A stretch of DNA of 31,022 nt from Oopsacas minuta (taxonomy: Eukaryota; Animalia; Porifera), in the NCBI GenBank assembly GCA_024704765.1, contig JAKMXF010000082.1, positions 1 to 31,022 of the forward strand, in the 5' to 3' direction. Below the pieces are notes generated by a model that had not been told where the DNA came from, ran no database searches, and worked only from the letters and a program-made list of their open reading frames with translations. Both the position numbers and the translations under genes were made by a program. Of this stretch, positions 1 to 10,778 are shown one piece after another (the first letter of the stretch is position 1; every line of letters starts with the position of its first letter).

Positions 1-2
1 AA

Positions 3-2168
3 ATTGTAAACTATGAAATCAATCATATACAAGCAAAGTTAAGCAACACAGCAGAGAGAACCATCTCAACGTTTGTGTTCGCCTATGCATTCAGATCTCA
101 ATGGATAATGAAATCGAAAAAACGTATAGAGAGTAACATTAAACAGGAGGAGAAAAAGCGTAGCCTTCTTCAATACTTTCTACGAAAAATTGAAAATCGT
201 AAAATGATCCGTGGAAAGTGGGATCGTGAGAAAATGAAAGAAAGCGATCATAAAATGTCCCAAAAGTTTGCCTCAGATTTTCTATTGAGTATACAGCGTG
301 GAGTGGAAACTGCTGAACAATCTACTATTGAGGCTCTATTTAAAGGACGAAGTGGAAATTTAACACACACCAGTATTTTACTATCAGCAAATGAGAGAAT
401 CACAACTGAACTGAATAAAGTTGACGAATCGATTGGTACTAACAATTTCATAGTTCAGTATATTTGTAATCGAAACGAAGAATTAAAGAAGTTATTTCAG
501 AAACAATGGGAAATCATAGAAGAAGAATTATACTATAAAGTAGAAAAAAATATGACTCAAAAATTTCTAAAGCAAATAGGAACTCTCAAACAAATACTAA
601 CAGATTTTCTAAGCGATCTGAATACATCTGGCTCCGAGCAAAAAGCTTTTGATTCGGAAAACAATTTTGAGTTGGCTGACTTACAAGCATGTAAAGACAA
701 AGATCCTGAACTACTGATGAAGGCAAGAGAGAGTCCATTCAAGGCAATGGTTTCCTTTTTACGAATGTATCTAGATCCTAAGGTAAGTCCTGTCGAATTT
801 AACAACTATTTTTCAGATACTTTTCAGGTTGATGAAGTCCAAATCAAGAAATCCGATACTTACATATTATGCAAGAAACATACGAATCCAGCAAATCTCC
901 TGGACGAAGACTCTTTCAAAAGGTTAACTAATACCAAGATGTTCAATTCTGAGAATATATTCAATATCTCTGAATATATAGAACAATTTTTATCTGTTCT
1001 AAATTGCTACAAATATGAAGTTACTAAAGCCGACTTTAGAGAGATGACCAAACATATAAGAGAGGAATTCGAGAAAAATGGAATTGGCTGTCCTGCGCAA
1101 TGTCCAAGTTGCGGTAAACTGTGTGAACGAGAAATTCACCCAAACGATGGGAAATGTCAACTTAAGACTGGCCACCAAATATGTTCAATGGGTGGTAAGG
1201 TGTGGAATAACGATGGTAAAAATACTGCAGTATTATTAATGTGTGACGATTACAAGGAAAACACTAAAGTTATTCTACCAGGACAGAGAATGAATTGGGG
1301 AGAATTTAAAGAAAAATGTGAGAATGAATGGGATTGGATGCTCCCCAAGGATGAAAAGTACGTTACCTACCAACAAAACAATCGTGAAAAAATGAAAGAG
1401 ATATGGAACAAATTCGGAAGGGGAATTTTGGAATATCATGAAAAGAGAGGTACAAAAATCAAATATATTCCTTATATATCTTCAGATGAAGTGTACAAAA
1501 CACTACTTTCTATCAAATACTATATCTGCTTTGTAATCGATGGAACCGGATCAATGTGTACGGATATTGAAAGGGCTCGAATTTCTGTTAATCAATTTAT
1601 CAAGAAATATAAAGAACGTGGGAGCGAAACAGAATTTAAAGTAGTGATCTATCGAGATCATTGCGATTCTAACATTATCGAAAAGTTTCCTAATGATAAT
1701 AAATTCACATCACAACACAAAACTATACAAAACTTTCTTGAAACAGTTAAAGCTAATGGTGGAGGAGATTACCCAGAGGCAGTGTTAGATGGTCTAGCGA
1801 CAGCAGCTACTCAATGTGACTGGAAAAACCAATTAGGCGCTAGAAACATATTAATCCACATATATGATGCTCCTCCACATGGAGATTTCCCCAATTACGA
1901 ATCACATTACAGCCGGAGCAATAAAAGTCACTGTTGTTGTTGCAATCATGGTACTTTATGCAATTTTGATTGGGAGCGAGATGTATGGGCTAACATGCAC
2001 AAGTTTCAAATACAATATCATGGAATAACTACAGGTGATAATTTTCCTGGTTTTGAAGCAGAAATGAAGAAAAAATTAGGAGATCTTTGTGGAGAATTTC
2101 AGAAGGTTGGGAAAGAACAAGTTAACGATGCAATTCTTCAGATTTTCATTAAATGCAAGATGGATTAA
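3..2168 (+). CDS. 5'-partial very large inducible GTPase (VLIG/GVIN1/URGCP-like) C-terminal region fused to a C-terminal VWA domain
   Basis: Frame is open from position 3 (IVNYEINHIQAKLSNTAERTISTFVFAYAFR...) to TAA at 2166-2168 with no intron needed. GCPAQCPSCGKLC...H...C...H (from 1086) resembles the Cys/His motif near the GVIN1 C-terminus. VWA motifs: ICFVIDGTGSM (MIDAS DxTxS, 1539-1553), YRDH, GGGDYPEAVLDGL, IYDAPPHG. Family call is by motif recognition, not a database search. Confidence 0.8.
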   Translation: MVNYEINHIQAKLSNTAERTISTFVFAYAFRSQWIMKSKKRIESNIKQEEKKRSLLQYFLRKIENRKMIRGKWDREKMKESDHKMSQKFASDFLLSIQRGVETAEQSTIEALFKGRSGNLTHTSILLSANERITTELNKVDESIGTNNFIVQYICNRNEELKKLFQKQWEIIEEELYYKVEKNMTQKFLKQIGTLKQILTDFLSDLNTSGSEQKAFDSENNFELADLQACKDKDPELLMKARESPFKAMVSFLRMYLDPKVSPVEFNNYFSDTFQVDEVQIKKSDTYILCKKHTNPANLLDEDSFKRLTNTKMFNSENIFNISEYIEQFLSVLNCYKYEVTKADFREMTKHIREEFEKNGIGCPAQCPSCGKLCEREIHPNDGKCQLKTGHQICSMGGKVWNNDGKNTAVLLMCDDYKENTKVILPGQRMNWGEFKEKCENEWDWMLPKDEKYVTYQQNNREKMKEIWNKFGRGILEYHEKRGTKIKYIPYISSDEVYKTLLSIKYYICFVIDGTGSMCTDIERARISVNQFIKKYKERGSETEFKVVIYRDHCDSNIIEKFPNDNKFTSQHKTIQNFLETVKANGGGDYPEAVLDGLATAATQCDWKNQLGARNILIHIYDAPPHGDFPNYESHYSRSNKSHCCCCNHGTLCNFDWERDVWANMHKFQIQYHGITTGDNFPGFEAEMKKKLGDLCGEFQKVGKEQVNDAILQIFIKCKMD

Positions 2169-2609
2169 ATTACTAGTAGGATAGCAGTGTTTTTAGGTTA
2201 GTTAGCATTATCAATTCACCATATTAGGCATGGATGATAACAATCTTTGTATATTCAGTATTTATTTGTTATTTTATTATAACATTGTTTTCTAATGACG
2301 TAATATTTCCTATTATTTATAGTAGACATAAGCCATACTGCAAAATATAGAACACATCTATATTGTTTGAGTGCATTCAACTTCTTGAAAATTAGTTATC
2401 TCAAATACTTACCTTTTTCACTATCATAATGGAAACAGGGAAATACGGTAATCAGATTGGAATTACATTGTCATGCTTTCGGTAATGTCAATACGAGCAG
2501 CATCAAACCAGATAGCAAGATTTGTATAAGTGCTATACATATTTGTGCTATTTTTCAAAGAATAAATTCGTCCGAACATTTTGAATTGTGTCCTAAATTC
2601 AAATACGTA

Positions 2610-2776
2610 CAGTAGAACCCGGCTCAATACGTACTCCAGCTGAGTAGGTACTTTTCAAAACAGATAACCAATTCTTGTGCTAATTGTATAAGAATATTAT
2701 TTGGATTAAGACGTATTTTGGTTACTACGTACTAATGTCTATTTCCAGAGGGATATGTCTTATCCGAGTTCTAATA
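2610..2776. mobile_element. degenerate Tc1/mariner (pogo-like) MITE
   Basis: TA|CAGTAGAACCCGG left end; degenerate right end CCGAGTTCTAATA|TA; non-coding. Confidence 0.4.
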
Positions 2777-3730
2777 TAGTTGTAATCTGCCCAAATTGTT
2801 AATTATTATTAAGGAATAAAATTTGGAAAATCGACACTTTAATCTAGTAAGAGCACCGTAAATCTATTTGGCACTGTACTGTCTATAGACTCTGTACACT
2901 ATAAGAAGTGTAAATTATGTACATAGGCGTAGGAGTAGGTCCACAAAGCCGGACCTTTTTTGGGCAGAATTTGCTTGTCCGGCTTTTTTCCCAATGTTTT
3001 AACTGTACATATATTGGACCATACAACCAAGGTTTGTTTCAATTTCTAGCCGGACCACTTTTTGAAGCAGTGCTACGCCACTTTTGTAGCAACGTAGTAC
3101 AAAAACAAAAATGCAGTCTGCAATAGGCCAATAGCATTGATACACAATGCAAAGATCTCTGAATAAATTGGATACGCATCCGTTTCCTATCCCCTGGAGG
3201 CCTGGAGTACTTATTATCATCATATTCGAGAATCAGAAGGGCTGAGAGCTTTGTTGTTTATCAGATTTTCAAAAGATCGGAATGAAAGGATCGAATTAGG
3301 AATAAAAACAATCGCTATCTCCATTTAGATCCTCCTGTCAAATATGATCAATCTCAATTTCGTTGGTGAAGTACAGTGACTAAACCCAGGATGATGTGTA
3401 CAATTTTCAGGACCCTTCAATGTATTTTCATGGAAATTTAAACGGTAATACGAATTCCGAATAATTATACTTTTCCATTGATCCTTTCCTTGGTAGTTGG
3501 TACGTACTGGTATTTTAATTAATCCTTAACTATATCCAATATCTATATGCTACATATCAGATTACATTCTTTCTTGATAAATTTAGCTGAGGCTGCACTA
3601 TGTATATGATGTGCTATTGGAGCTTTATTCAGAGTATAGATATTTATTCATAAGTATTTTCCTATTTTTCATTATTCGTATTATCGAAGCACGAAGTTTC
3701 GAGCCCATCTACAAAGCCGCAAAGGAGTTA

Positions 3731-3885
3731 AGGGCCGTTCAAACGTTACGTCACGCTAACAAGGGGAGGTGGTAGTCAGCAAATCGGGACAATCCCATTC
3801 TTTTTGTATCACAAAAAGCGTGACACAAGGAGGGAAGGGGCCCAAATTTCTTGAATTTTGCGATATCCAACTTACCAACGGCCCT
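3731..3885. mobile_element. PIF/Harbinger-type MITE (155 bp)
   Basis: Perfect 9-bp TIR AGGGCCGTT (3731-3739) / AACGGCCCT (3877-3885), flanked by identical TTA (3728-3730, 3886-3888); a 3-bp TWA TSD is typical of PIF/Harbinger. Confidence 0.7.
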
Positions 3886-4358
3886 TTATGTATCCTAGTA
3901 AGTGAAGTGTGCTAGTTGGACTAAGATCATATAATGTTACTATCTAATCAATTCTCGACTGCCATTTATGTAAATGATGCAATATTTCTAGGATTTTCTG
4001 AAGTTTACAACCGATTTCTAGATTTGGAGGATCGCGACGGATATCTTCTCAACCAATAGGGCATCTTAATATGAGAGCAGCTGTACTAAAGCATTCATAT
4101 TGTGCTGTATTTATATTTTGGAATTTTTTAGCATTTTGTTACAATTCCGCTAAAATTTTTGCTCTAATTTTCGAATTAGTTTATATGTATTAAAATGAGT
4201 GCTAATTTGTCGACAAGTAGCTGATCACTTTGAAATCCAATGGATCTTGATCTCCATGTAAGAACTATGCCAATTTTCAACGATATATCGATGTCATTCC
4301 TTGTAACACCTACACAACAATTGTGCTTGTATTTATCATGTTCATATTTAGTTAGCAG

Positions 4359-7300
4359 ATGTATCTCCTTATTGTGTGTGTATTTCTCACCACTATGTCT
4401 GTAACTCATCAACAGATATATTGTATCAATAAGTGCAGTTGTGACTCGATTAATCCTATAGATGATTTATTTATAGAGATGGATGCTACTGATTGTTGTG
4501 ATTCAAATATTACTTCAGCTATGGGTAATGTTAACGTATCAGGCCTTACTATAACAGGGTGTGTCCTGTGTCCCTCCCTCTGTGGGGGTGGTACCTGTGA
4601 GATTGACCCAATCACGGTGAGTTTGTTTATTCCATAATTCAATATTAGTATGTTACACGTGTCAGTCTTTATAGACTGGAAACGCGAGCTGACCTAAGCT
4701 TATACACACGTATTTGTTATACTTGATATACGTATTTAGACAGATTATGCAGCAAACATAACTCGTCCGACAGCTGGAAGCTTGTTATTCACAATATCTG
4801 CTACATACACTTGTCCAGGAGAAATTGCATCAAGTCTCTCCTTGGTTTATTCACGCGGGTCTTTAACAGGAGATATTCTGTTCACTATAGTAGGTGAAAG
4901 CACAGGAGCTATTAGAATTACATTAGCTAATCCACCTAATGAGATAAGAACTTATACAGGCTCTGTCAATGTTCAGCTGTTTAAAAACTCAATTGAACTT
5001 CTGGCTGAAACAACCGTTAACTTTACTTTCAATGTAAGTTTAATAAATTGTATTTAAACTAACCTTTGGCTCGGTACGCATCAAATGGGATTATTATCAG
5101 CTGATTATCATTTAACAATAAAATCATGTACGTGAATAAACTACATATAACCTCGAGTAGTTAACCCAACAATATTCCAGGTATATGATGCTATAGAAGC
5201 TAATGCAACTGAATATAGTGCTACAACTACTAATAGTAGAGTTGGAGGTATCTATCTGTTTACTGCAGGAACTATTACACCAAATTTTACTGTTGTATAC
5301 TCTATCAAGCCTTTGATTGGAGATCCTGGTTCTATTTCTATTGATAGCACAACAGGACGTGCAATTACTAGTACTATTCAACCTCCTATAGTTATTAGAA
5401 CATATATCGGAGTAGTACTATTAAGCTACACTAGTGATAGAGGTATGAGATAACAGAGCTGTATAAACAGCCTTAGTAATGCTGAAGATTTAAGGAAATA
5501 TTTATCATTTTGCTATTAACATTTTCATTGCAACTTACATACTATGTCAACATATCCATACTTGTTGAATGAGAAAGCAAAAATCTAGACAATATGCGAG
5601 TATGTTTCTAAAACTGTTGGTCAATTTCGTAGACCGGTGCCAGTCAACCCTGGCCGATTCCATCTCTGATCGCTCCACGCTAATTGTTTCCACTAATGGC
5701 TAATTAATAAAAATCTTAGATCATGTCTATTATTTTCTTATTTTCTTAATACATTATTGCTCCTTCAGATCCTTCTCTGACTGGTGTTATAGAAGTACAA
5801 TTCAGTTTCACTATAGCACTCCCCCTCACACCAGATCCTTCTATATATTCTGTTATACTTACATTCCCTCCAACTACTCCTCTTAATGTTATGGCTTTCA
5901 CCATTACTTACTCATTCTTTCCAGGATTTACTATTAATTCTTTTACATATAATTTCACTGACGATGCTAACATACTGAATATTGACGATGCAACCGGTAG
6001 CTTTAGTTTCCCAATCATGCGCAACACAGAAGTAAAAAGTTATCCAGAAAACGGAAATAGAGAAATAGTAATCAGCTATTTCTCTAAAGAGATTTCAAAC
6101 AATGAATCAGTGTACATGGGTACTTTCACCACAGATTATGTTATAACTATAGTAGATCCATGCGGGTTCAGTTCAGGTGCTACTCCTATATGTAAGAATA
6201 ATGGTATTTGCCTGGGTTTAGGGAGTAACTATTCGTGTAACTGCACAGATACCGGATATACAGGATATAATTGCCAGATTAATATAAATGAATGTGATGC
6301 TAATCATGACTTATGTGGTCTTGGAGAGTGTCATGATACGAATGGAAGTTTTATTTGTAATTGTGATGGAACTGAGTTTATTGGAACACGCTGTACAGTC
6401 GTAATTAATGAAGGTAAGTTTAAGTTTCTACTACGTGATATTATCCCACTTTATCTGTTAATATTTTTATGCAATTTAGAATAGATTGAATTTATATTGT
6501 CTTGAAATTTGGTTGATCTCTTTTTAGTGAGCTTAACTACTGTGATGATGTCAACAACAGAAACGACAACAAATATTGCAATGACAGAAGCGCCAAGTAA
6601 GTTCAAGAACAATAATGTGTTGTTTGAATATTATTTACTATAGCTTTTAAGTTGGAATTAATTGTTTCTACTCCGCTTACAACAAAAATACCGCTTATAA
6701 CGAAATTACACCAGGGTTCCGAACACTTCGTCATAACGAGAGTTTACTGTTTATTTCCTATCTTTTAGTTGCTGGATCCATTAGTAAGTTCTTAAGACAA
6801 TACAAGTAACATTAGCTGTTAACATATCACGTATATATTTGTGATTGTAGCTGTAGTAGCTGGAGCAGTTGTAATGATATTGGTGATACTTTTCCTGATA
6901 ATACTGGTTATATTAACAGTAGCTGTAGTCCATCAGAGACGCAAAGGTAATTACAGTAGACCACGTTTATTAATTAAGTAAATGTGAAACACTTGAGAGA
7001 TCTTTTAACAAAACCTGCATAACCCACACTCGTTGAGACGTGAAAATTGTGTCGGTTTATCAATTTGACGGATTATGCAATGCAGGTGAATTTGTATATC
7101 GTCGGAAGCTATTTCAGATCAGAAAGACGGTCATGTATAAAGGTCTGACGGATTATCCAGGTGTGGGTTTATGCAGGTTGCACTGTACTCAGACCTACCT
7201 TGTTGACTTGCAGGGATTTGTTATCGCCCTGATCTTTCATATTATGAGATTCTATGATCAGTATATTACTCCGATACTTTATTAAATGGCAGGAGTGGCC

Positions 7301-7658
7301 AAGTGGAATATATTCAGTTCGACTAATTTCCCTTCGACCAAATTCCGTTCAACGATTATTCCAGGACAAAATTTCGGGTGACGAATCCTCCTGGATCAAA
7401 GATCATTTCCGCTAACTTATAGGGTTATACCATATTAATCTTGTAGGTAGTTTACGTGTCAGAGTTTCTATATCACAACCACTTCAATCACCTAAATGTA
7501 GAGAACAAAGTTTTTTTACAAACGAGAGTATTTCATCTTCACCAACAAAACAACCTTCTGATTCTATCATAGAATTAAACTCAATACATTCTCAAGAACC
7601 AGTGGAACCTTCTAATTCTATTCTTATTAACGCTGAATTGAGTGAGATTGAAATATAA
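4359..7658 (+). CDS. type-I transmembrane protein with cadherin-like repeats and two EGF-like domains (8 exons, 616 aa)
   Basis: Hand-spliced join(4359-4616,4740-5033,5181-5442,5769-6413,6528-6596,6769-6783,6851-6946,7447-7658). All introns are GT-AG and phase-compatible; total 1851 nt = 617 codons ending in TAA. Signal peptide MYLLIVCVFLTTMS; EGF CKNNGICLGLGSNYSCNCTDTGYTGYNC; Ca-binding-type EGF INECDANHDLCGLGECHDTNGSFICNCDGTEFIGTRC; TM VVAGAVVMILVILFLIILVILTVAVV followed by HQRRK. Confidence 0.85.
6670..6750. mobile_element. pogo/Tigger-like MITE fragment in an intron
   Basis: Ends CGTCATAACGAGAGTTTACTGT (reverse complement ACAGTAAACTCTCGTTATGACG) with internal CCGCTTAYAAC repeats; left end not identifiable. 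Confidence 0.4.
7006..7185. mobile_element. pogo-like MITE in intron 7
   Basis: Inverted repeat AACCTGCATAACCCACAC (7012-7029) vs GTGTGGGTTTATGCAGGTT (7161-7179); right end ...GCACTG|TA; left terminus eroded. Confidence 0.55.
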
Positions 7659-7771
7659 ACATAGACAGAATATTTAGTGTAAATTTATTGAGTTCTATAT
7701 TTTTCAGAGAGTTTCCCTGTGAATAATTTGATATTTTGTTTATATTTATTAAAATTTGAATATTTATACTA

Positions 7772-7850
7772 CAGTGGAAGCCTCTTAATCGAGACTCGGA
7801 TAATCGGGACAATCGGGAAATACTAGAAGTGTCGAATTATCTATTAGGAA
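7772..7850. mobile_element. pogo-like MITE left end
   Basis: TA|CAGTGGAAGCCTCTTAATCG followed by repeated ATCGGGA motifs; no partner end found. Confidence 0.35.
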
Positions 7851-7873
7851 TAAAATGTATATAATACATGTAA

Positions 7874-8267
7874 ATGTTTGTAATTTCACATGGGAAATGT
7901 CAGTTTAGTCATAATTATATAAATGCTCCATCACTCGCATTCATCAACTGGGTATACTTCGTATATGAAAGTAAACAACTTGTTTACATTCTGAAAGCAA
8001 GGATAAGAGATATTGAGAATTATGAATGGGATCGAATGCATTACAAGGAGAGCAGAAATTCATATAGGATGTATGTTGTATTCAGTATTATCTACTCATT
8101 CGCCTTGCTGATATTGATTTTTGTATTGATGGGAAATTTGGCGGACCCTATCTTGCGGCTTTTGTTTGTTAACGATTGCTATTTTGAAACTGTTTACAAC
8201 TACAAAATTCCGATAGAAATTGATGATATTTGGAATTCGCGTATTTTACATTGTATCAAATACATTA
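7874..8267 (+). pseudogene. 5' part of a multi-pass membrane protein ORF interrupted by the transposon at 8268-10443
   Basis: Hydrophobic segments (e.g. VVFSIIYSFALLILIFVLMG). The frame runs into the transposon left TIR at 8268; the predicted tail TQCNNFLF... is transposon-derived. Confidence 0.6.
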
Positions 8268-10443
8268 CACAGTGTAACAACTTTTTGTTTATTTGGTTAT
8301 TTCCCTGTTTTTTAGACAATTCTGATGTGAGGAATTCGAATTTGACTGTGCTTTTAATGTATCGTCAATAATTTTAGTGAAAATGTCGAAATTCTACTTT
8401 TTGGATTTTCGTTTCATATTACCCATTATATATTCGCATGACATTATATTCATTTCAAATATTGATTTACTTAGATAAATTGTTGTCTACAGATAGTATT
8501 TGTTGATGGCTGCCAGAAGTATTTGCAAGCTGTCACCAGATTCGTTTTGCCATGTGTGCGGGTACTACATTGGACCTAGACAAGTCAAGCATAATATAAC
8601 ATCGGTACAAAATTGTGTATTGCTTATTATGCCTATTTTGGCATGCCAATGGGTGATCCTGACATAATGTAGTCTCCTCACTTCTGCTGTGGATCATGTC
8701 GTTCGACCTTAGAAGGATGGCTACGTGGAACCCGAAAGTGTATGCCATTTGCAATACCTCGAATTTGGAGAGAACCAGTTAACCACCATGATAACTGCTA
8801 CTTTTGTATAGTAGATATTACAAAATATAATGGAAAAGATAGAAAAAAATATTGCTTACCCGAACATTCCATCGTCTATTGCCCCAGTGTCGCACAATGA
8901 AGATCTGCCAATTCCGATTTCTCCTTTCTTAGAAGGAACTGTTGAACCTGAGTACATATCTTCTAGTGAGGAAGATTATATCAGCTTCGACGAAGACTTA
9001 ATCAGCAAGAACTATTAGAATTGGTTAGAGAATTAGGTCTGACAAAATCTAATGCAGAGCTTTGAGATCTCGTCTCAGAGAGTGGAATTCATTTGATCCT
9101 AGTTGTCTGGATATCTATCTACAGAAAACGGCATCATAATTTTGCATCTTTCTACAAATTTTCGCTTTCCAATTCTTTGTGGTACTGTTCTGATGTGGAT
9201 GGCCTTTTTAACGAGATTGGTGTGGAATACAACCCTTCAGATTGGCATCTCTTCATTGATAGCTCTACAAGAAGTCTAAAGGGTGCTTTGCTTCACAATG
9301 GCAATGAATTTCCAACCATTCCCCTAACTCACTCAGTTCATTTAAAGGAAAATTATGACAATGTGAAACATATGATGGAGATGATCAACTATCAAACACA
9401 CAAATGAGATGTTTGTGGCGACTTCAAAATGCTAGGATTTCTACTTGGATTACAGGCTGGTTATACAAAACATTCCTGCTGCTTTGTTTGTGGAATAGTA
9501 GGGCAGATGACCAGCACTATGTTAAAATGATTGGCCCGTCAGAGAGGAACTAATTCCAGGAACACATAACGTCATTCACAATGCTCTTGTTCAACCAGAG
9601 AAGGTTTTGCTGCCACAACTTCACATGAAGTTAGGGCTTGTGAAGCAATTCATCGAATCCCTGAATCCCAATAGTGATGGCTTCAAACATATACGTTCAA
9701 TATTTCCAAAACTGTCTGAGGGAAAAGTAAGAAATGGAATCTTCGTTGGACCTCAAATTAGGCGGATGTTAGCGTGTAGCGAGTTAGAAACCAAAATGAA
9801 TGTTGTTGAAAAGAGAGCTTGGCAAGCATTTAAGCTTGTAGTTAGTGGATTTTTTGTAATAGAAAGTCAGGAGACTATAAGGAACTCGTTGATAACTTAA
9901 TTGCAAGTTATCAACATCAAGGATGTAGAATGTCACTCAAACTACATCATTTACACTTACACTTGGGCTTCTTCAGACCAAATTTGGGAGATGTGAGCGA
10001 AGAACAAGGTGAACCTTTCCACCAAGACATGTTAATCATGAAGGAGACGTATCAGGGAAAGTGGGACGAACGTATGATGGGAGACTACTTGTGGTGTTTG
10101 ATACGCGATGCTCCGAATATACACAAAAGAAAATGTTATAAACAACATTTTTAACTTGTACGTCACTAATTACGCTATATAGTATGATATTGATTATAAT
10201 ACTGTAAAATGTCATATATTTAAGGAACGCATTCGTATTTAGAAGATTCACGAGCATTTGTTTAGGGGATGAAATATGATAAAATATGCTATTTTGGATT
10301 TATTGAAGAAGTTTCGATTCTGATCTAACCATCAATGGAAATAAACAAATATTGCTACTTTTGGCATCCACGCACCTTAAAGCAGTGGGGAAAAAACTAA
10401 AATTTAGATAAACAAACCTTTCATAAAAATTTGTTGCATTGTG
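8268..10443 (+). mobile_element. Chapaev3-like (CMC superfamily) DNA transposon, both ends present, non-autonomous
   Basis: TIRs CACAGTGTAACAACTTTTT (8268-8286) and the reverse complement of 10425-10443, CACAATGCAACAAATTTTT (16/19 identical). TTA is duplicated at 8265-8267 and 10444-10446. Contains the decayed transposase below. The Chapaev3 label comes from recalled motifs. Confidence 0.8.
8506..10154 (+). pseudogene. degenerate DDE transposase (Chapaev3-like)
   Basis: MAARSICKLSPDSFCHVCG...CCGSCRSTLEGW...PRIWREPVNHHDNCYFC; WHLFIDSS..SLKGALLHNGN; GDFKMLGFLLGLQAGYTK; LPQLHMKLGLVKQF; GIFVGPQIR; MSLKLHHLHLHL...VSEEQGEPFHQD...YQGKW. Broken by several stops (e.g. 8670-8672, 9405-9407) and frameshifts. 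Confidence 0.85.
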
Positions 10444-10446
10444 TTA

Positions 10447-10778
10447 TCCATTATATTGGCCCATTCATTAGTTGTCTTAGTATAATCCTAATAATTTCCC
10501 CTCTCATCCTGAATATTGTTTGGAAGTGTTCCACACAGTTTGCAAGGAATAGAAAACTCCAATCTATGAAGGTTATTACGGAGATCGTAATAGACCACGA
10601 CTCAAGGCATATGCAAGGAAACATTTCTTTAACTGTTGAATATATTTGGATGTTTTCTATAATATATTGGGATAAGTGCCAAAATCTTCTGTGTGTTTTA
10701 TTCAAGTTAGCAAAAAGCTTGGCAAAAGCACTTCTTTTAGCTTGTAGATGTTATACTCTAGCTCTATGCAAGTTTTAA
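10447..10778 (+). pseudogene. 3' part of the multi-pass membrane protein ORF interrupted by the transposon
   Basis: Continues in frame with 7874-8267 once the element and one TTA are removed: ...LHCIKYI-IHYIGPFISCLSIILIISPLILNIVWKC... Confidence 0.6.

Noticed and set aside
248-805. Short antisense ORFs over long genes (also 13714-13965, 26044-26226, 27741-27923, 29378-29662, 4409-4642, 5124-5381)
   Set aside because: Shadow frames of well-supported genes on the other strand; no motifs.
10370-10387. Transposon right end at ...AGCAGTG (10387)
   Set aside because: No matching left TIR; the 10425-10443 end has a matching TIR, a TSD and restores the host ORF.
10430-10700. Alternative genetic code (stop read-through) in stop-punctuated frames
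   Set aside because: All well-supported genes translate cleanly and terminate with TAA in the standard code.
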